Origin: Octopus sinensis
Taxonomy: Eukaryota
Assembly (NCBI RefSeq): GCF_006345805.1
Contig: NC_043022.1
Span: 11,470,001-11,534,000 of the forward strand
Direction: 5' to 3'
Length of the DNA: 64,000 nucleotides
The translations under genes and the position numbers were made by a program. Under the pieces are notes generated by a model that ran no database searches, was not told the DNA's origin, and saw only the letters and a program-made list of their open reading frames with translations. Positions 53,101 to 60,812 of the stretch are shown one piece after another (within the stretch, counting starts at the first letter, position 1; each line of letters begins with the position of its first letter).

Positions 53101-56100
53101 AGAAACTACCATCATCACTGAATGTGCCTCTGGGGAAGAGGTTTTCATTCCAAGAATTCCAATCAAATCAACAGACATGCCCTTTGAGTTCAAACAGACA
53201 CAATTCCCAGTGTGACTTTCCTTAGCAATGTCTATTAATACAGCTCAAGGTCAGTCTTTGAAATCTACTGGCTTGATTTTCTCATGGTCAACTTTGTTGG
53301 TTGCTCCAGGGTAGGTAGTTTGCAAGACTTATTTGTCTATGCTCCAAACCAGAAAACAAAGAATGCTGTTTACCCAGAAGCTCTTACATAATTCCTTTCA
53401 ACATATGTGGTAGAATTTATCTCTTTTCATAAAAGTGGTAAATTTTGTATTTTCGTTTATATTATTATTTTTATTGTTATTCTTCCAATATGTAAGGAAA
53501 AATTTCATTCCTGGGCAATGCCAGGTGGCTCTGCTCAGGCAGAATGTACTACAAATATTTAGGTATGTAAAATAGGACATTGTACTATTTACACCTTAAC
53601 CAATGGCATTAACTGCACATGGGAAGAATGGTGATTCAGTGAAGAATCAGTACTTGGTTGCATTTGAAATTTAGTACAAGCTTACTTCCTAGTGTAGAGG
53701 TGTAATGGCCCAGTGGTTAGGGCAGTGGACTCGCGATCCTCCAATCGTGGTTTCAATTCCCAGACCGAGCGTTGTGTGTGTTTATTGAGTGAAAATATCT
53801 AAAAGCTCCATGAGGCTCTGGCAGGAGGGGCGACCCCTGTTGTACTCTTTCGCCCCAACTTTCTCTCACTCTCTCTTCCTGTTTCTTGAGTAACGCTGCG
53901 ATGGACTGGCGTCCTGTCAACCTGGGGGGAAAACATACACCACAGAAACCGGGAAACCAGGCCCATGAGCCTGGCTAGGCTTCAAAAGGGCGACGTTTAT
54001 CATTTTACTTCCTAGCACATGGTGTTCACCACATTAACAAGGAATAATGATGGATTGACAGTGTTGCCGCTGTTCTTATCGGTGTTGTTGTAATGGTGAA
54101 ATTGATTCATTTTTATTATTTTGCATATTTCGGCAGGATTGATCATGTATGAAGGACAAGCCACTGAAAATGGAGACTTCATGTGCTTGGGTCTGCGTGG
54201 ACGCTATCCAGAATTCCGTTTCAATGTTGGTTCTGGCCCAGCCATCATACGAGGAAACCAGAGTCTTGAACTTAACAAATGGCACACTGTACGTCTGAAG
54301 AGAGACCGTAAGGAAGGTAAGCAGGAAATTCTTAATAAAATCTAATATTTCCAATTTGCTATTCAGAATTTCAAATATGTAGTCATGCATGATTGATTAG
54401 GCAATATTTGTTGCATGAATGAAACTATATATTTCCAGTAAACCAGCTAAATTGGTTCTGATTAACACAGGTCATATGGTGAAATGAGTGAACCAGATTA
54501 CTATCTACTATATATTTGGTCACTATAAACAAATTATATCTGTACATTTTGTTCAGAAAGAAATTGCAGAACTCTCATCCATGACAAGAGAGTCCATGAT
54601 ATATTTCTTCTACAATATATTCTGATTTTCTTTATATTTTTCTCCACTAGGTAAACTTATCATTGATGGCCAACCTTTTGTTGGCACTGCACCAGGACCA
54701 TTCCAGGGACTTGACCTCAACCAACCTTTGTACCTTGGAGGTTTACCTGACTTCAATACTATTCCTCAGTCAGTTGGTTTTGACAGAGGATTTGTTGGTA
54801 AGTTCATTATATTATCATTATACATTTTGTTTTTCCTGTATTCTTAAAATAACTGAAGAGTGATGAAAATGGGAAGGGTTGGGGAAAAAAGACTTTGTGG
54901 TATTTAGTTAATTCTGAAATGAATCTGCGAGAGTTGGCTTTTCATTTTGTCCTTTCTGGGTTGATAAAATTCCCTCTGTCCCTCTCCTTCCCTCCTTTGG
55001 AAAAAGTGACGATAATGCTATAATGATGATGATAATGACAGTGATGAGTGGAAGATATTGATGAAAATGATGAAGCGGAAGATGAAATGCTAATAATGGC
55101 TATAATGTTGAGGAGGAAGAAGAGGACGATGGTGGCAACGACGACGATGATTGGCTGAAAAAGAGGAAGATGGTGAGAAAGTAACGGTGATGAAGATGTG
55201 ATGGCAAAATTTCTAAGATTTTAATTTTTTTATTCCATAGGTGGAGTGAGTCAAGTGGTAATTGGAGGCCAAGAATTGAACCTTGGAGGTGATGCAACTC
55301 AAGTGGTTGGCATCAGACAAGCAGATGTGTGCTCTGCGTCACCTTGTTTCAATGGTGGAACATGTGTTCCAAAGAATTCTGAATATGGTTTCGCTTGCTT
55401 CTGTCCACAGGGCTTTGCAGGTTACCAATGTGAGACTGTTGGAGAACGTTGTTTCCCAGGTAAATTATATCAACTATTTCATTTCTTTTTGATAAAAACA
55501 AAGAATATTTATTATTGTTGCTGTTGTTAAAGAAACAAGAGAAAATGACACATTAGTTATTGAGATTTCAATATAAATAATAGTGGATATTGTAATATAA
55601 TTTAGTATATATTAATTTAATTTAATATGCTTTAATATATATTGAAAAGGTTGCAAGATGCAACGAAAAGTTTAGGAAAATAAAAATAAGAAGTAAGTGG
55701 AAATTTTACCGGTGAGTGTGTTAATTTATAAGGCACAAAAAGAAAATGACTCTCCCCAGACACAACAGAATATGCTTCAACGCACAAACTCACATAAAGA
55801 ATCTTGCAAACCAAATCCAAAAATGAAAAATAATTTAATACATTTTAATATAGTTGATACTGGATATTGTAAACATCAATTTGAAACAGAAGAAACAAGA
55901 AACAAGGTGTCAACAAAATGTAGTAGTGATACAAATGTTTAGAGTCTAGAGTTCAAATCCTGCCAAGATCACCTCAGCCTTTCAGAGTTGATAACATAAA
56001 GTATTGTGAAGTACTAAAGTTAATTTAATAATCCTATAAAGTATCCTAGACGTGAACGGAATTATAATACAAGATTAAAGCTAACATCTTAATATAAAAC

Positions 56101-58263
56101 CTGCAGATGAGAATGAAAGTTAAGGCCTTAAAGTACTCAGGTTACTAATAGAATTATATTAGATTAAATCAATATAAAACATCTTAGATGGGAATTAAAT
56201 TATAATAAAATATAAAGACATTGATATATAACTCTCTAGATGGGAGGGAATGGTACTATAAGAATATTAAACCTTTTTGATGGCAATGCAATTGTAACAG
56301 AAATCTAAGATAAAGACCTCTGACAGGACTCAAGCTACATATCTATTATCATATGATAAAAGTTCTGGCAGTGAGCCAGTTTCTGTTTTTCTTTTTATAC
56401 TTCTGTTTCAGTTGGATACTTATAATACTTAGTAGCAAAACCTGACAGACTTCTCCTGCTAAAATTACCCTGGTCAGCCATCATCAGCATGTTATAATCA
56501 TGTGTACAGAAAATCAGAACAAGGATATTGATGTGTTAATCTCAAATGATTGAGGATACCAAAGTAACTTATCTTTTAGCATTTAGCTTTGTCTCTGTGT
56601 TTTTGTAATTTGAATCTTCCTAGGGTCAGCAATGGTTTTTATATCTCCAGTGACCAATAAATCAACTATCAGTTGTACTAGGATCACACCGCCATATATT
56701 CTCACACATGCTTTGGTAGCTCACTGGCCATGGCTGTTGCCACTCCGCCAACCAGTGTACTACCGAGAAAGTTGTCGTTGCTCTTACTCGCAGGTTTCTT
56801 TTTTTCTATATAAATCAACTATCAGTTGTACTAGGATCACACCAGTTGAGTATATATGTCCCTTCTCATCTTACAAATTTAGGTGATAGTTTAATAGAAA
56901 TGGTAGAGTGCCTTGGTAAATATCCTCAACCATGAATTTTTATGTTCGAATTTCAAATCCTGCCAAAGTCATCTTTGCCTTTCATTTTGCTTGAGCAAAT
57001 AAAATAAATACCAGTCATGTACTGGGCTTGATTAAAGCAGTTATTATCACAAAGAATTTATGGCCCTCTGCCAAAGTTTGAAAAGCATTGTTATTAATCA
57101 TATTATTTTATTGTTGTTGTTCCTGATATTATTTAGACAATACCAATATACAAAAGAATCAGTTGAGCATCAGACAAAATGGCTTGTTACATCACTTTAT
57201 GTTCTAAGTTCAAATCCCACTAAGGATCAAATTTACTTTTCAATCTTCTGTGGTTGATAAAATAATTACCAGTTTCTCACCGGTTAAGCCAATTGACTTT
57301 ACCCAGCAAAGTTTATGCCCTTGTTGCTATTCACTTTTTGAATAGATTTAATAAGCATTTTTTTTTGCTATATTATTACATTTGAATATCTTCTGGAACA
57401 GTGTGAATGTTCCAGGTTTTAGCAATGCTTTTAATTCTATTGTTCTTTAATTTCCAAACATAACAGATCAGAGAAGTTGAATTAATTCTATCTCTGAACT
57501 AAAAGGAATTTATATGCTTGTCACATGACATATCTTAAGGATGTTTTCTATAAGTCCTGTTTAATTCCTGTCAATTCTATCAGCAGGTGTTATATGTGCT
57601 CTGTTTATTGACCCCTTAGGGAGGCAAGATCTATTAGGTAAGCAATTCTCAATGGTTCTGAAATTGCATTCTGGCAGTTAGGTGGAAGGTGACTTGAATT
57701 ATGATGTGAGTTTTTTGGAGATATCCAGGTGTTTATAATTAACCTTCACATTGTTCCTGTTGAAGAGCTTATGAAATTTATGTATAGCTGAGACATGGTT
57801 ACTTAACAATGGCTCAACACTCTTGTCAATGTCCAAGATATATGGGTTGCATCAAATTGTTTCTCTTCGTGGTTCTACTGTTTTGTGGGAAACGTTTCTG
57901 TTGTTCTATTTTCCTGTTAAAATCACATCTTGATAGTCGCACCATTATAGTGTGATGTGCACAGTTGGAAATATCCTTGTGAGAGAAGAAATTTGAAATT
58001 ATCCTATTTATTACCTCTTCATAGTCCTAATTTTCCCCCTACCACAAGCAGAAGACTCAAGTAATTGTCTCTTAGTACAAGAGACTTTCATTACAGCATA
58101 TGGCAGCCCTTCACTAAATTGCTATGGACCAATGAAAATTGATCAAACCAGTGTTTCTTATTAGCCCACATCAAGTTCCTCTCATTCATTTTCTTTTCTC
58201 CTCTGAATGATCACACGTAGTGAAAACCTCTAAGTAGCAATCGAGTGGATCATCGGTGTCTTC

Positions 58264-58329
<66 letters not shown>

Positions 58330-59924
58330 TAATACTTTATTTTATATAACCCATATATAATGCAATTGGAATCTTTGGTTGATTTCTTATTATTTTGCAA
58401 AATTTCTCTGAAAATTCTTTGGAAAGAGATTTTTTTACATTTGTTTTATGTCAGTTACATTGCTGACATTATCTTATATCTTGGTTCTGTTCCTATATTT
58501 TTTTTTTCCTATAAGTAATAATTCTATCCCCTATATTATTAGTGGCAGTGACATAACCAGAAATTATTTATTATGCAAGTTGCTAGAGTTGTTTTTAGAT
58601 ATTTTTTAAACTATTAATTTTGTTGATCCTTTCCTCCTTACAGCATCATGACGAGGCTCTATAGCTTAACTTCTGTGATTCAGAAGAATGGCCAGTGGTG
58701 TATTTGGTCATTTCAAAAAATGTCCAACCAAAATTTATATTTTTCAATGCAAAATGCTGCCAGCTGTGTGCATACATGTGTGTCTGTCAGTGTGTTTGTC
58801 TGTCTGCATGTGTGCATGCATATGAGTGAACATGAACATACGTAAGTGTATGTATGTATGTAATGCATGTAGATTCATCATTTTGTAAACTAAGTGGAGT
58901 TGTTACACAAAACCTTATATCTTGTTGCAGATTGTTCATTGGAGTCATACTGGCTAATCACATTTGATCTCCTTTACACATCATTTGAGTTTTTATTCAC
59001 ATATATTTTTTGTTGAAACATGAATGAACTCTCAAGAGTTTAATGTATGTATACACACACTCATATTTATGTGTGTTTAATTGTTGTTATATCCACACCA
59101 TGAGTTGTCATTGGTGTTCAGGTATTTGGACACCATGTTCTTCAGCAGACTTCCACCGCAAGTGAAGAAGCTGGAGACCAGCATAAACAGTGGATGTAAG
59201 AAAACTTAAATAAACTACCTAAGTGCACATTAAACTCTTTTTCAATATTCTTACATGACAAAATAACACACACACACACTAAATTCTCCTTTGTTCAAAA
59301 TTACAGGACAATGTGTTAGCAGAGAGGGGTCTGAGTTTTGTAGTAACACATGGCTCAGTGATTAGAGCATTGAGTTTATAATCATGAAATTGTGGGTTCC
59401 ATCCCCAGCCTAGGCTGTGTGTTGTTTCCTTAAGCAAGACACTTAATTTCATGTTGCTCCAATTCACTCAGCTGTAGAAATGTGTTCTGACATTACTGGT
59501 GCCAAGCTGTATCAGCTTTTGCCTTTCCCTTGGACAACACCAGTGGCATGGAGAAGGGAGGCTGGTATGTTTGAATTACTGCTGGTCTTCCATAAGCAAC
59601 CTTGCTCAGACTTGTGCCTCAGAGGGTAACTTTTTTGGTGCAATCCCATGGTCATTCATGACTGAAAGGGTTTTTACTTTACATGCTCTGAGTTCAGATC
59701 TCTCCAGGGTTAACTTTGCTATTTGCACATCACCTTCATAGAAACAATGTAATTAATACTGACAGTTTGGCAGTATACTTTAGTGAATCATTTTACCATC
59801 TGTGTTAAGTTACAATAGTAAAATTTGTATTTTAGTAAGGGACCAATATTTTTTTTTTCATACAGTAAAATATATGCGTGTGAGTGTTTGAGAGAGAGAG
59901 AGAGAGAGAGCGTGTGTGTGTGTG

Positions 59925-59980
<56 letters not shown>

Positions 59981-60251
59981 AATATTTGTTGTCACCTGAA
60001 AGAGTGCAGAATGTAAAACAATATCTGATACATATATTTGATCATCTCTTCTTTTTCGTTTGCTTGTAATCCTTGACTGCCACCCCTTCCAACAACAACA
60101 ACAATAAAAATTATTGAAACTATTGATAAATATTACTGACCTGTTTTACCAGGTGCTTGTGGGTCACATGGAAGGTGCCAAGAAATCCCCAGCTTGGCCA
60201 CAATCAGGTGTATTTGTCCTATTGGACACCTCGGCAGGAGATGCCAAGAGG
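1546..60251 (+). CDS. HSPG2: Perlecan (basement membrane heparan sulfate proteoglycan core protein), partial multi-exon gene; 34 exons in window, 5' and 3' ends outside
   Basis: Exons join in frame with matching phases (5125 nt, no stop). Domain order is laminin-EGF / L4 / laminin-EGF, then 12 Ig, then laminin G, EGF, EGF, which is the perlecan domain III-IV-V architecture. Confidence 0.95.
2060..2182. repeat. (CA)n compound microsatellite
   Basis: Direct reading. Confidence 0.95.
2340..2531 (+). CDS. HSPG2: Perlecan exon w2: laminin IV (L4) domain, N-part
   Basis: cacag|...|gtaaat; [18 protein letters not shown]...[15 protein letters not shown]; phase 0/0. Confidence 0.92.
2625..2913 (+). 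repeat. Interspersed repeat, two partial tandem copies; antisense copy at about 55678-55826
   Basis: gtttgcaagattctttatatgag...ttctgttgtgtctggggagagtcattctc at 2643 and 2815; reverse complement near 55750. Confidence 0.8.
3361..3788 (+). mobile_element. RTE 3'UTR/tail copy with internal tggcacgtaaaaagcacc repeats, followed by (TA)n
   Basis: Matches 9040-9357. Confidence 0.8.
4063..4158 (+). CDS. HSPG2: Perlecan exon w3: L4 domain
   Basis: tgtag|...|gtaagt; [32 protein letters not shown] (SYGG motif). Confidence 0.92.
4717..4800 (+). CDS. HSPG2: Perlecan exon w4: L4 domain
   Basis: ttcag|...|gtaaga; [28 protein letters not shown]. Confidence 0.88.
5356..5586 (+). CDS. HSPG2: Perlecan exon w5: L4 end and laminin-EGF
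   Basis: ttcag|...|gtgagt; KSFHMFDG...[13 protein letters not shown]...[16 protein letters not shown]. Confidence 0.95.
5780..5896 (+). CDS. HSPG2: Perlecan exon w6: laminin-EGF
   Basis: tcaag|...|gtgagt; [39 protein letters not shown]. Confidence 0.93.
6793..7130 (-). mobile_element. RTE 3'UTR/tail copy, antisense
   Basis: (CAT)n then cgtttaacgtccgttttccatgctagcatgg, the reverse complement of 9300-9357. Confidence 0.85.
8197..8324 (+). CDS. HSPG2: Perlecan exon w7: laminin-EGF
   Basis: cacag|...|gtaagc; [42 protein letters not shown]; phase 0/2. Confidence 0.95.
8505..9357 (+). mobile_element. 5'-truncated RTE-clade LINE: ORF C-terminus, 3'UTR, (GAT)n tail
   Basis: MCNVSV...[20 protein letters not shown]...RGRPRKTW with one premature stop; same family as 30130-30820. 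Confidence 0.88.
9702..10064 (+). mobile_element. Non-autonomous Helentron/DINE-1-like (HINE) element
   Basis: 5' attacctctacc..., GTTT microsatellite, 3' subterminal inverted repeat ccttggcggaggt, short hairpin gcgctctctgagtg, ends cttgtt in T-rich context. Confidence 0.6.
11317..11403 (+). CDS. HSPG2: Perlecan exon w8: laminin-EGF
   Basis: ttcag|...|gtaagt; (N)[28 protein letters not shown]; phase 2/2. Confidence 0.93.
12908..12969 (+). CDS. HSPG2: Perlecan exon w9: end of domain III
   Basis: gccag|...|gtaact; (V)[20 protein letters not shown]; phase 2/1. Confidence 0.9.
13302..13574 (+). CDS. HSPG2: Perlecan exon w10: Ig repeat 1
   Basis: tacag|...|gtaagt; PQVTVSP...FHCRVTG...WRKVDG...[11 protein letters not shown]; phase 1/1. 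Confidence 0.94.
13770..15350 (-). mobile_element. Old degenerate RTE-like LINE, antisense
   Basis: Minus strand gives [10 protein letters not shown] (RT motif) at about 14788-14818 and [11 protein letters not shown] at about 13830-13865; many stops and indels. Confidence 0.75.
15410..15450 (+). pseudogene. 3'-truncated U2 snRNA fragment (first about 41 nt)
   Basis: atcgcttctcagccttttggctaagatcaaagtgtaatatc versus U2 5' end ATCGCTTCTCGGCCTTTTGGCTAAGATCAAAGTGTAGTATC; two mismatches. Confidence 0.9.
15699..15802 (+). CDS. HSPG2: Perlecan exon w11: Ig repeat 2, N-half
   Basis: gacag|...|gtaagt; [34 protein letters not shown]; phase 1/0. Confidence 0.88.
16287..16682 (-). mobile_element. tRNA-related SINE, antisense; sense copy at 44634-45040, tail fragments at about 17005-17120 and 27495-27690
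   Basis: Reverse complement of the 44.6 kb copy along its length, including the internal (TG)n and the gactgaaacaagtaaaagag tail. Confidence 0.8.
17773..17944 (+). CDS. HSPG2: Perlecan exon w12: Ig repeat 2, C-half
   Basis: ttcag|...|gtgagt; [11 protein letters not shown]...DAGEYMCTG; phase 0/1. Confidence 0.92.
19156..19480 (-). mobile_element. RTE 3'UTR/tail copy, antisense
   Basis: Same sequence family as 6793-7130. Confidence 0.85.
19666..19923 (+). CDS. HSPG2: Perlecan exon w13: Ig repeat 3
   Basis: ttcag|...|gtaggt; [11 protein letters not shown]...[19 protein letters not shown]...[11 protein letters not shown]; phase 1/1. Confidence 0.92.
21361..21504 (+). CDS. HSPG2: Perlecan exon w14: Ig repeat 4, N-half
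   Basis: tgcag|...|gtaaga; RPTLQIII...[11 protein letters not shown]...[10 protein letters not shown]; phase 1/1. Confidence 0.9.
21850..22344. mobile_element. MITE-like element with about 30-bp imperfect terminal inverted repeats
   Basis: gcaaagttatgatgtaagcacatgctaaaa (21850-21879) versus ttttagcgcatacttacatcataactctgc (22315-22344); no coding capacity. Confidence 0.65.
22827..22967 (+). CDS. HSPG2: Perlecan exon w15: Ig repeat 4, C-half
   Basis: tgtag|...|gtatgt; [25 protein letters not shown]; phase 1/1. Confidence 0.92.
23142..24000 (+). mobile_element. Young 5'-truncated non-LTR retrotransposon (RTE-like), RT C-terminal region
   Basis: Stop-free ORF with [27 protein letters not shown]; (GAT)n tail; tgcatgtt at both junctions as probable TSD. 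Confidence 0.9.
24124..24570 (+). mobile_element. Head-to-tail pair of Meta-domain-like SINE copies
   Basis: Two units of about 220 bp (ctggcagaattgttagca...ccttgtgcctatagtagaaaggatt) separated by (TTA)n. Confidence 0.75.
24776..25859 (-). mobile_element. Internally deleted piggyBac-superfamily transposon
   Basis: TTAA TSD at 24772-24775 and 25860-25863; TIRs ccctttcgttac / gtaatgaaaggg; minus-strand acidic transposase N-terminus from ATG 25580 ([22 protein letters not shown]...[13 protein letters not shown]), disrupted. Confidence 0.88.
26829..26977 (+). CDS. HSPG2: Perlecan exon w16: Ig repeat 5, N-half
   Basis: tctag|...|gttaat; VRPTARIEP...[17 protein letters not shown]; phase 1/0. Confidence 0.9.
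27695..30820 (-). mobile_element. RTE-clade LINE, 5'-truncated, with tandemly amplified 3'UTR
   Basis: Stop-free ORF 30130-30820 ([29 protein letters not shown]); 27850-30130 repeats 3'UTR modules; tail at 27695-27850. Confidence 0.9.
31203..31320 (+). CDS. HSPG2: Perlecan exon w17: Ig repeat 5, C-half
   Basis: acaag|...|gtaaga; [39 protein letters not shown]; phase 0/1. Confidence 0.92.
31498..31621 (+). CDS. HSPG2: Perlecan exon w18: Ig repeat 6, N-half
   Basis: tgtag|...|gtaaga; [11 protein letters not shown]...[23 protein letters not shown]; phase 1/2. Confidence 0.93.
31797..32290 (-). repeat. Unclassified repeat, possibly a Penelope-like terminal region
   Basis: Strong strand asymmetry; minus strand has ctgtcaaagagcataggctcaaaacgt, resembling a decayed minimal hammerhead; follows (TA)n. 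Confidence 0.35.
33172..33326 (+). CDS. HSPG2: Perlecan exon w19: Ig repeat 6, C-half
   Basis: tgaag|...|gtcagt; VGDEPM...NGVIRF...[14 protein letters not shown]; phase 2/1. Confidence 0.9.
33458..33678 (+). mobile_element. RTE 3' tail copy; further copies at 39881-40038 (+), 42209-42533 (+), 43555-43808 (+), 48055-48293 (-), 62500-62695 (+)
   Basis: Near-identical to 9165-9357. Confidence 0.85.
35164..35531 (+). repeat. Direct duplication, copy 1 (copy 2 at 37631-37937)
   Basis: About 300 bp of highly similar AT-rich sequence with a few indels. Confidence 0.9.
35639..35905 (+). CDS. HSPG2: Perlecan exon w20: Ig repeat 7
   Basis: tccag|...|gtgagt; PPKITVTP...[15 protein letters not shown]...[14 protein letters not shown]; phase 1/1. 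Confidence 0.94.
   Translation, partial: AHQRLQSLQGVQYVSGKENASLLNVQLKEIHAQMSTGLNNRVMMSTEAQEQSSMLLYWRSTKPNFLILGIMCVWLRTVEEELKKGFKL
36343..36432 (+). CDS. HSPG2: Perlecan exon w21: Ig repeat 8, N-part
   Basis: tatag|...|gtaagt; [29 protein letters not shown]; phase 1/1. Confidence 0.82.
37631..37937 (+). repeat. Direct duplication, copy 2
   Basis: atccacacacaaaaata...gaaattgatgaaagggtt matches 35164-35531. Confidence 0.9.
38090..38269 (+). CDS. HSPG2: Perlecan exon w22: Ig repeat 8, C-part
   Basis: ttcag|...|gtaaga; [16 protein letters not shown]...NGTLTIP...FEGEYICQT; phase 1/1. Confidence 0.9.
38920..39127. mobile_element. Probable piggyBac-type MITE fragment (one end)
   Basis: Ends ...gaatactaaagggTTAA; matching left end not found. 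Confidence 0.35.
40260..40520 (+). CDS. HSPG2: Perlecan exon w23: Ig repeat 9
   Basis: ttcag|...|gtaaga; [12 protein letters not shown]...WQKLNG...[10 protein letters not shown]; phase 1/1. Confidence 0.94.
41723..41885 (+). CDS. HSPG2: Perlecan exon w24: Ig repeat 10, N-part
   Basis: tccag|...|gtaagt; RPSVILP...[23 protein letters not shown]; phase 1/2. Confidence 0.93.
43155..43490 (+). mobile_element. tRNA-derived SINE; related copies at about 40910-41240 (-) and 59345-59680 (+)
   Basis: A box TGGCTCAGTGG, B box GTTCGAATCC, then cttgagcaagacacttt...cactcagctgtag body shared by three copies. Confidence 0.85.
44058..44155 (+). CDS. HSPG2: Perlecan exon w25: Ig repeat 10, C-part
   Basis: ttcag|...|gtaagt; [32 protein letters not shown]; phase 2/1. 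Confidence 0.92.
44634..45040 (+). mobile_element. SINE, sense copy of the family at 16287-16682
   Basis: ggagtgactgtgtggtaagtag...ccttgggcaagtgtcttctac...catggccacagtcaaatgactgaaacaagtaaaagag. Confidence 0.8.
45857..45943 (+). CDS. HSPG2: Perlecan exon w26: Ig repeat 11, N-part
   Basis: cacag|...|gtaagt; [28 protein letters not shown]; phase 1/1. Confidence 0.88.
46427..47173. repeat. About 560-bp interspersed element (46554-47112) between two long (TTA)n tracts
   Basis: (TTA)n at 46427-46553 and 47113-47173; an internal segment recurs in deleted form at about 9365-9470. Confidence 0.7.
47171..47443 (+). repeat. Tandem duplication of about 125 bp separated by (TTA)n
   Basis: tttaacattttgggaaag...tatatcttgcaatca occurs twice. 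Confidence 0.92.
47744..47926 (+). CDS. HSPG2: Perlecan exon w27: Ig repeat 11, C-part
   Basis: ttcag|...|gtaagt; [13 protein letters not shown]...NGVLILP...DAGTYKC; phase 1/1. Confidence 0.92.
49451..49583 (+). CDS. HSPG2: Perlecan exon w28: Ig repeat 12, N-half
   Basis: ttcag|...|gtaagg; QPVIDV...[23 protein letters not shown]; phase 1/2. Confidence 0.92.
50271..50398 (+). CDS. HSPG2: Perlecan exon w29: Ig repeat 12, C-half
   Basis: aacag|...|gtaaga; [30 protein letters not shown]; phase 2/1. Confidence 0.93.
50523..50905 (-). mobile_element. Old RTE 3' fragment, antisense
   Basis: Minus-strand [17 protein letters not shown] plus tail motif. Confidence 0.75.
52049..52162 (+). CDS. HSPG2: Perlecan exon w30: start of domain V, LG1
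   Basis: tccag|...|gtaagt; [37 protein letters not shown]. Confidence 0.93.
52790..53538 (+). mobile_element. Helitron remnant: PIF1-like helicase C-terminus and 3' hairpin
   Basis: [81 protein letters not shown]; hairpin cctgggcaatgccagg near 53510 then ctgctcag. Confidence 0.9.
54137..54316 (+). CDS. HSPG2: Perlecan exon w31: LG1
   Basis: ggcag|...|gtaagc; GLIMYEGQ...[25 protein letters not shown]...KWHTVRLKR. Confidence 0.94.
54651..54797 (+). CDS. HSPG2: Perlecan exon w32: LG1
   Basis: actag|...|gtaagt; [35 protein letters not shown]...RGFV. Confidence 0.94.
55241..55459 (+). CDS. HSPG2: Perlecan exon w33: LG1 end and EGF1
   Basis: catag|...|gtaaat; GVSQVVIGG...[12 protein letters not shown]...[21 protein letters not shown]. 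Confidence 0.94.
60153..60251 (+). CDS. HSPG2: Perlecan exon w34: EGF2 of domain V
   Basis: accag|...|gtgagt; [33 protein letters not shown]; phase 1/1. Confidence 0.92.
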
Positions 60252-60487
60252 GTGAGTGTTTGACTGTAAAAGACAAAAAAAAAAACTTAAAAAAAGTTTG
60301 TCATTCATCAACTCTGCACGCTGCCAAAATCTTAGCCACCCTCTTTTAGTTCTCTAATATTTTTTAACTTTAACGACTTTCAGCTTTTATTTCCTTCCTT
60401 TCTATTGATATGGTTCAATCCATCATATTCTACTAATTTCTTTTAAAAAGTCTTTCTTTTCTTTATCTGTCTATTTATTTATCTATC

Positions 60488-60571
60488 AATAAATATATAT
60501 ATGTATATATATATATATATATATATAAATACATTTAATATATTATAAATGTATGCATATATACTTTCTCA

Positions 60572-60630
<59 letters not shown>

Positions 60631-60688
60631 TTAATGTATATATAAATACATTTAATATATTATAAATGTATGCATATATACTTTTTCA

Positions 60689-60741
<53 letters not shown>

Positions 60742-60812
60742 TCTTAATGTATATATAAATACATTTAATATATTATAAATGTATGCATATATACTTTTTC
60801 AATATATTAAAT
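60488..60812. repeat. Three-copy minisatellite with embedded (TA)n
   Basis: taaatacatttaatatattataaatgtatgcatatatacttt(c/t)tcaatatatta occurs three times. Confidence 0.9.

Noticed and set aside
55005-55205. Acidic low-complexity coding exon
   Set aside because: Degenerate (GAT/GAA/GAC)n microsatellite with stops; w32 and w33 join in frame without it.
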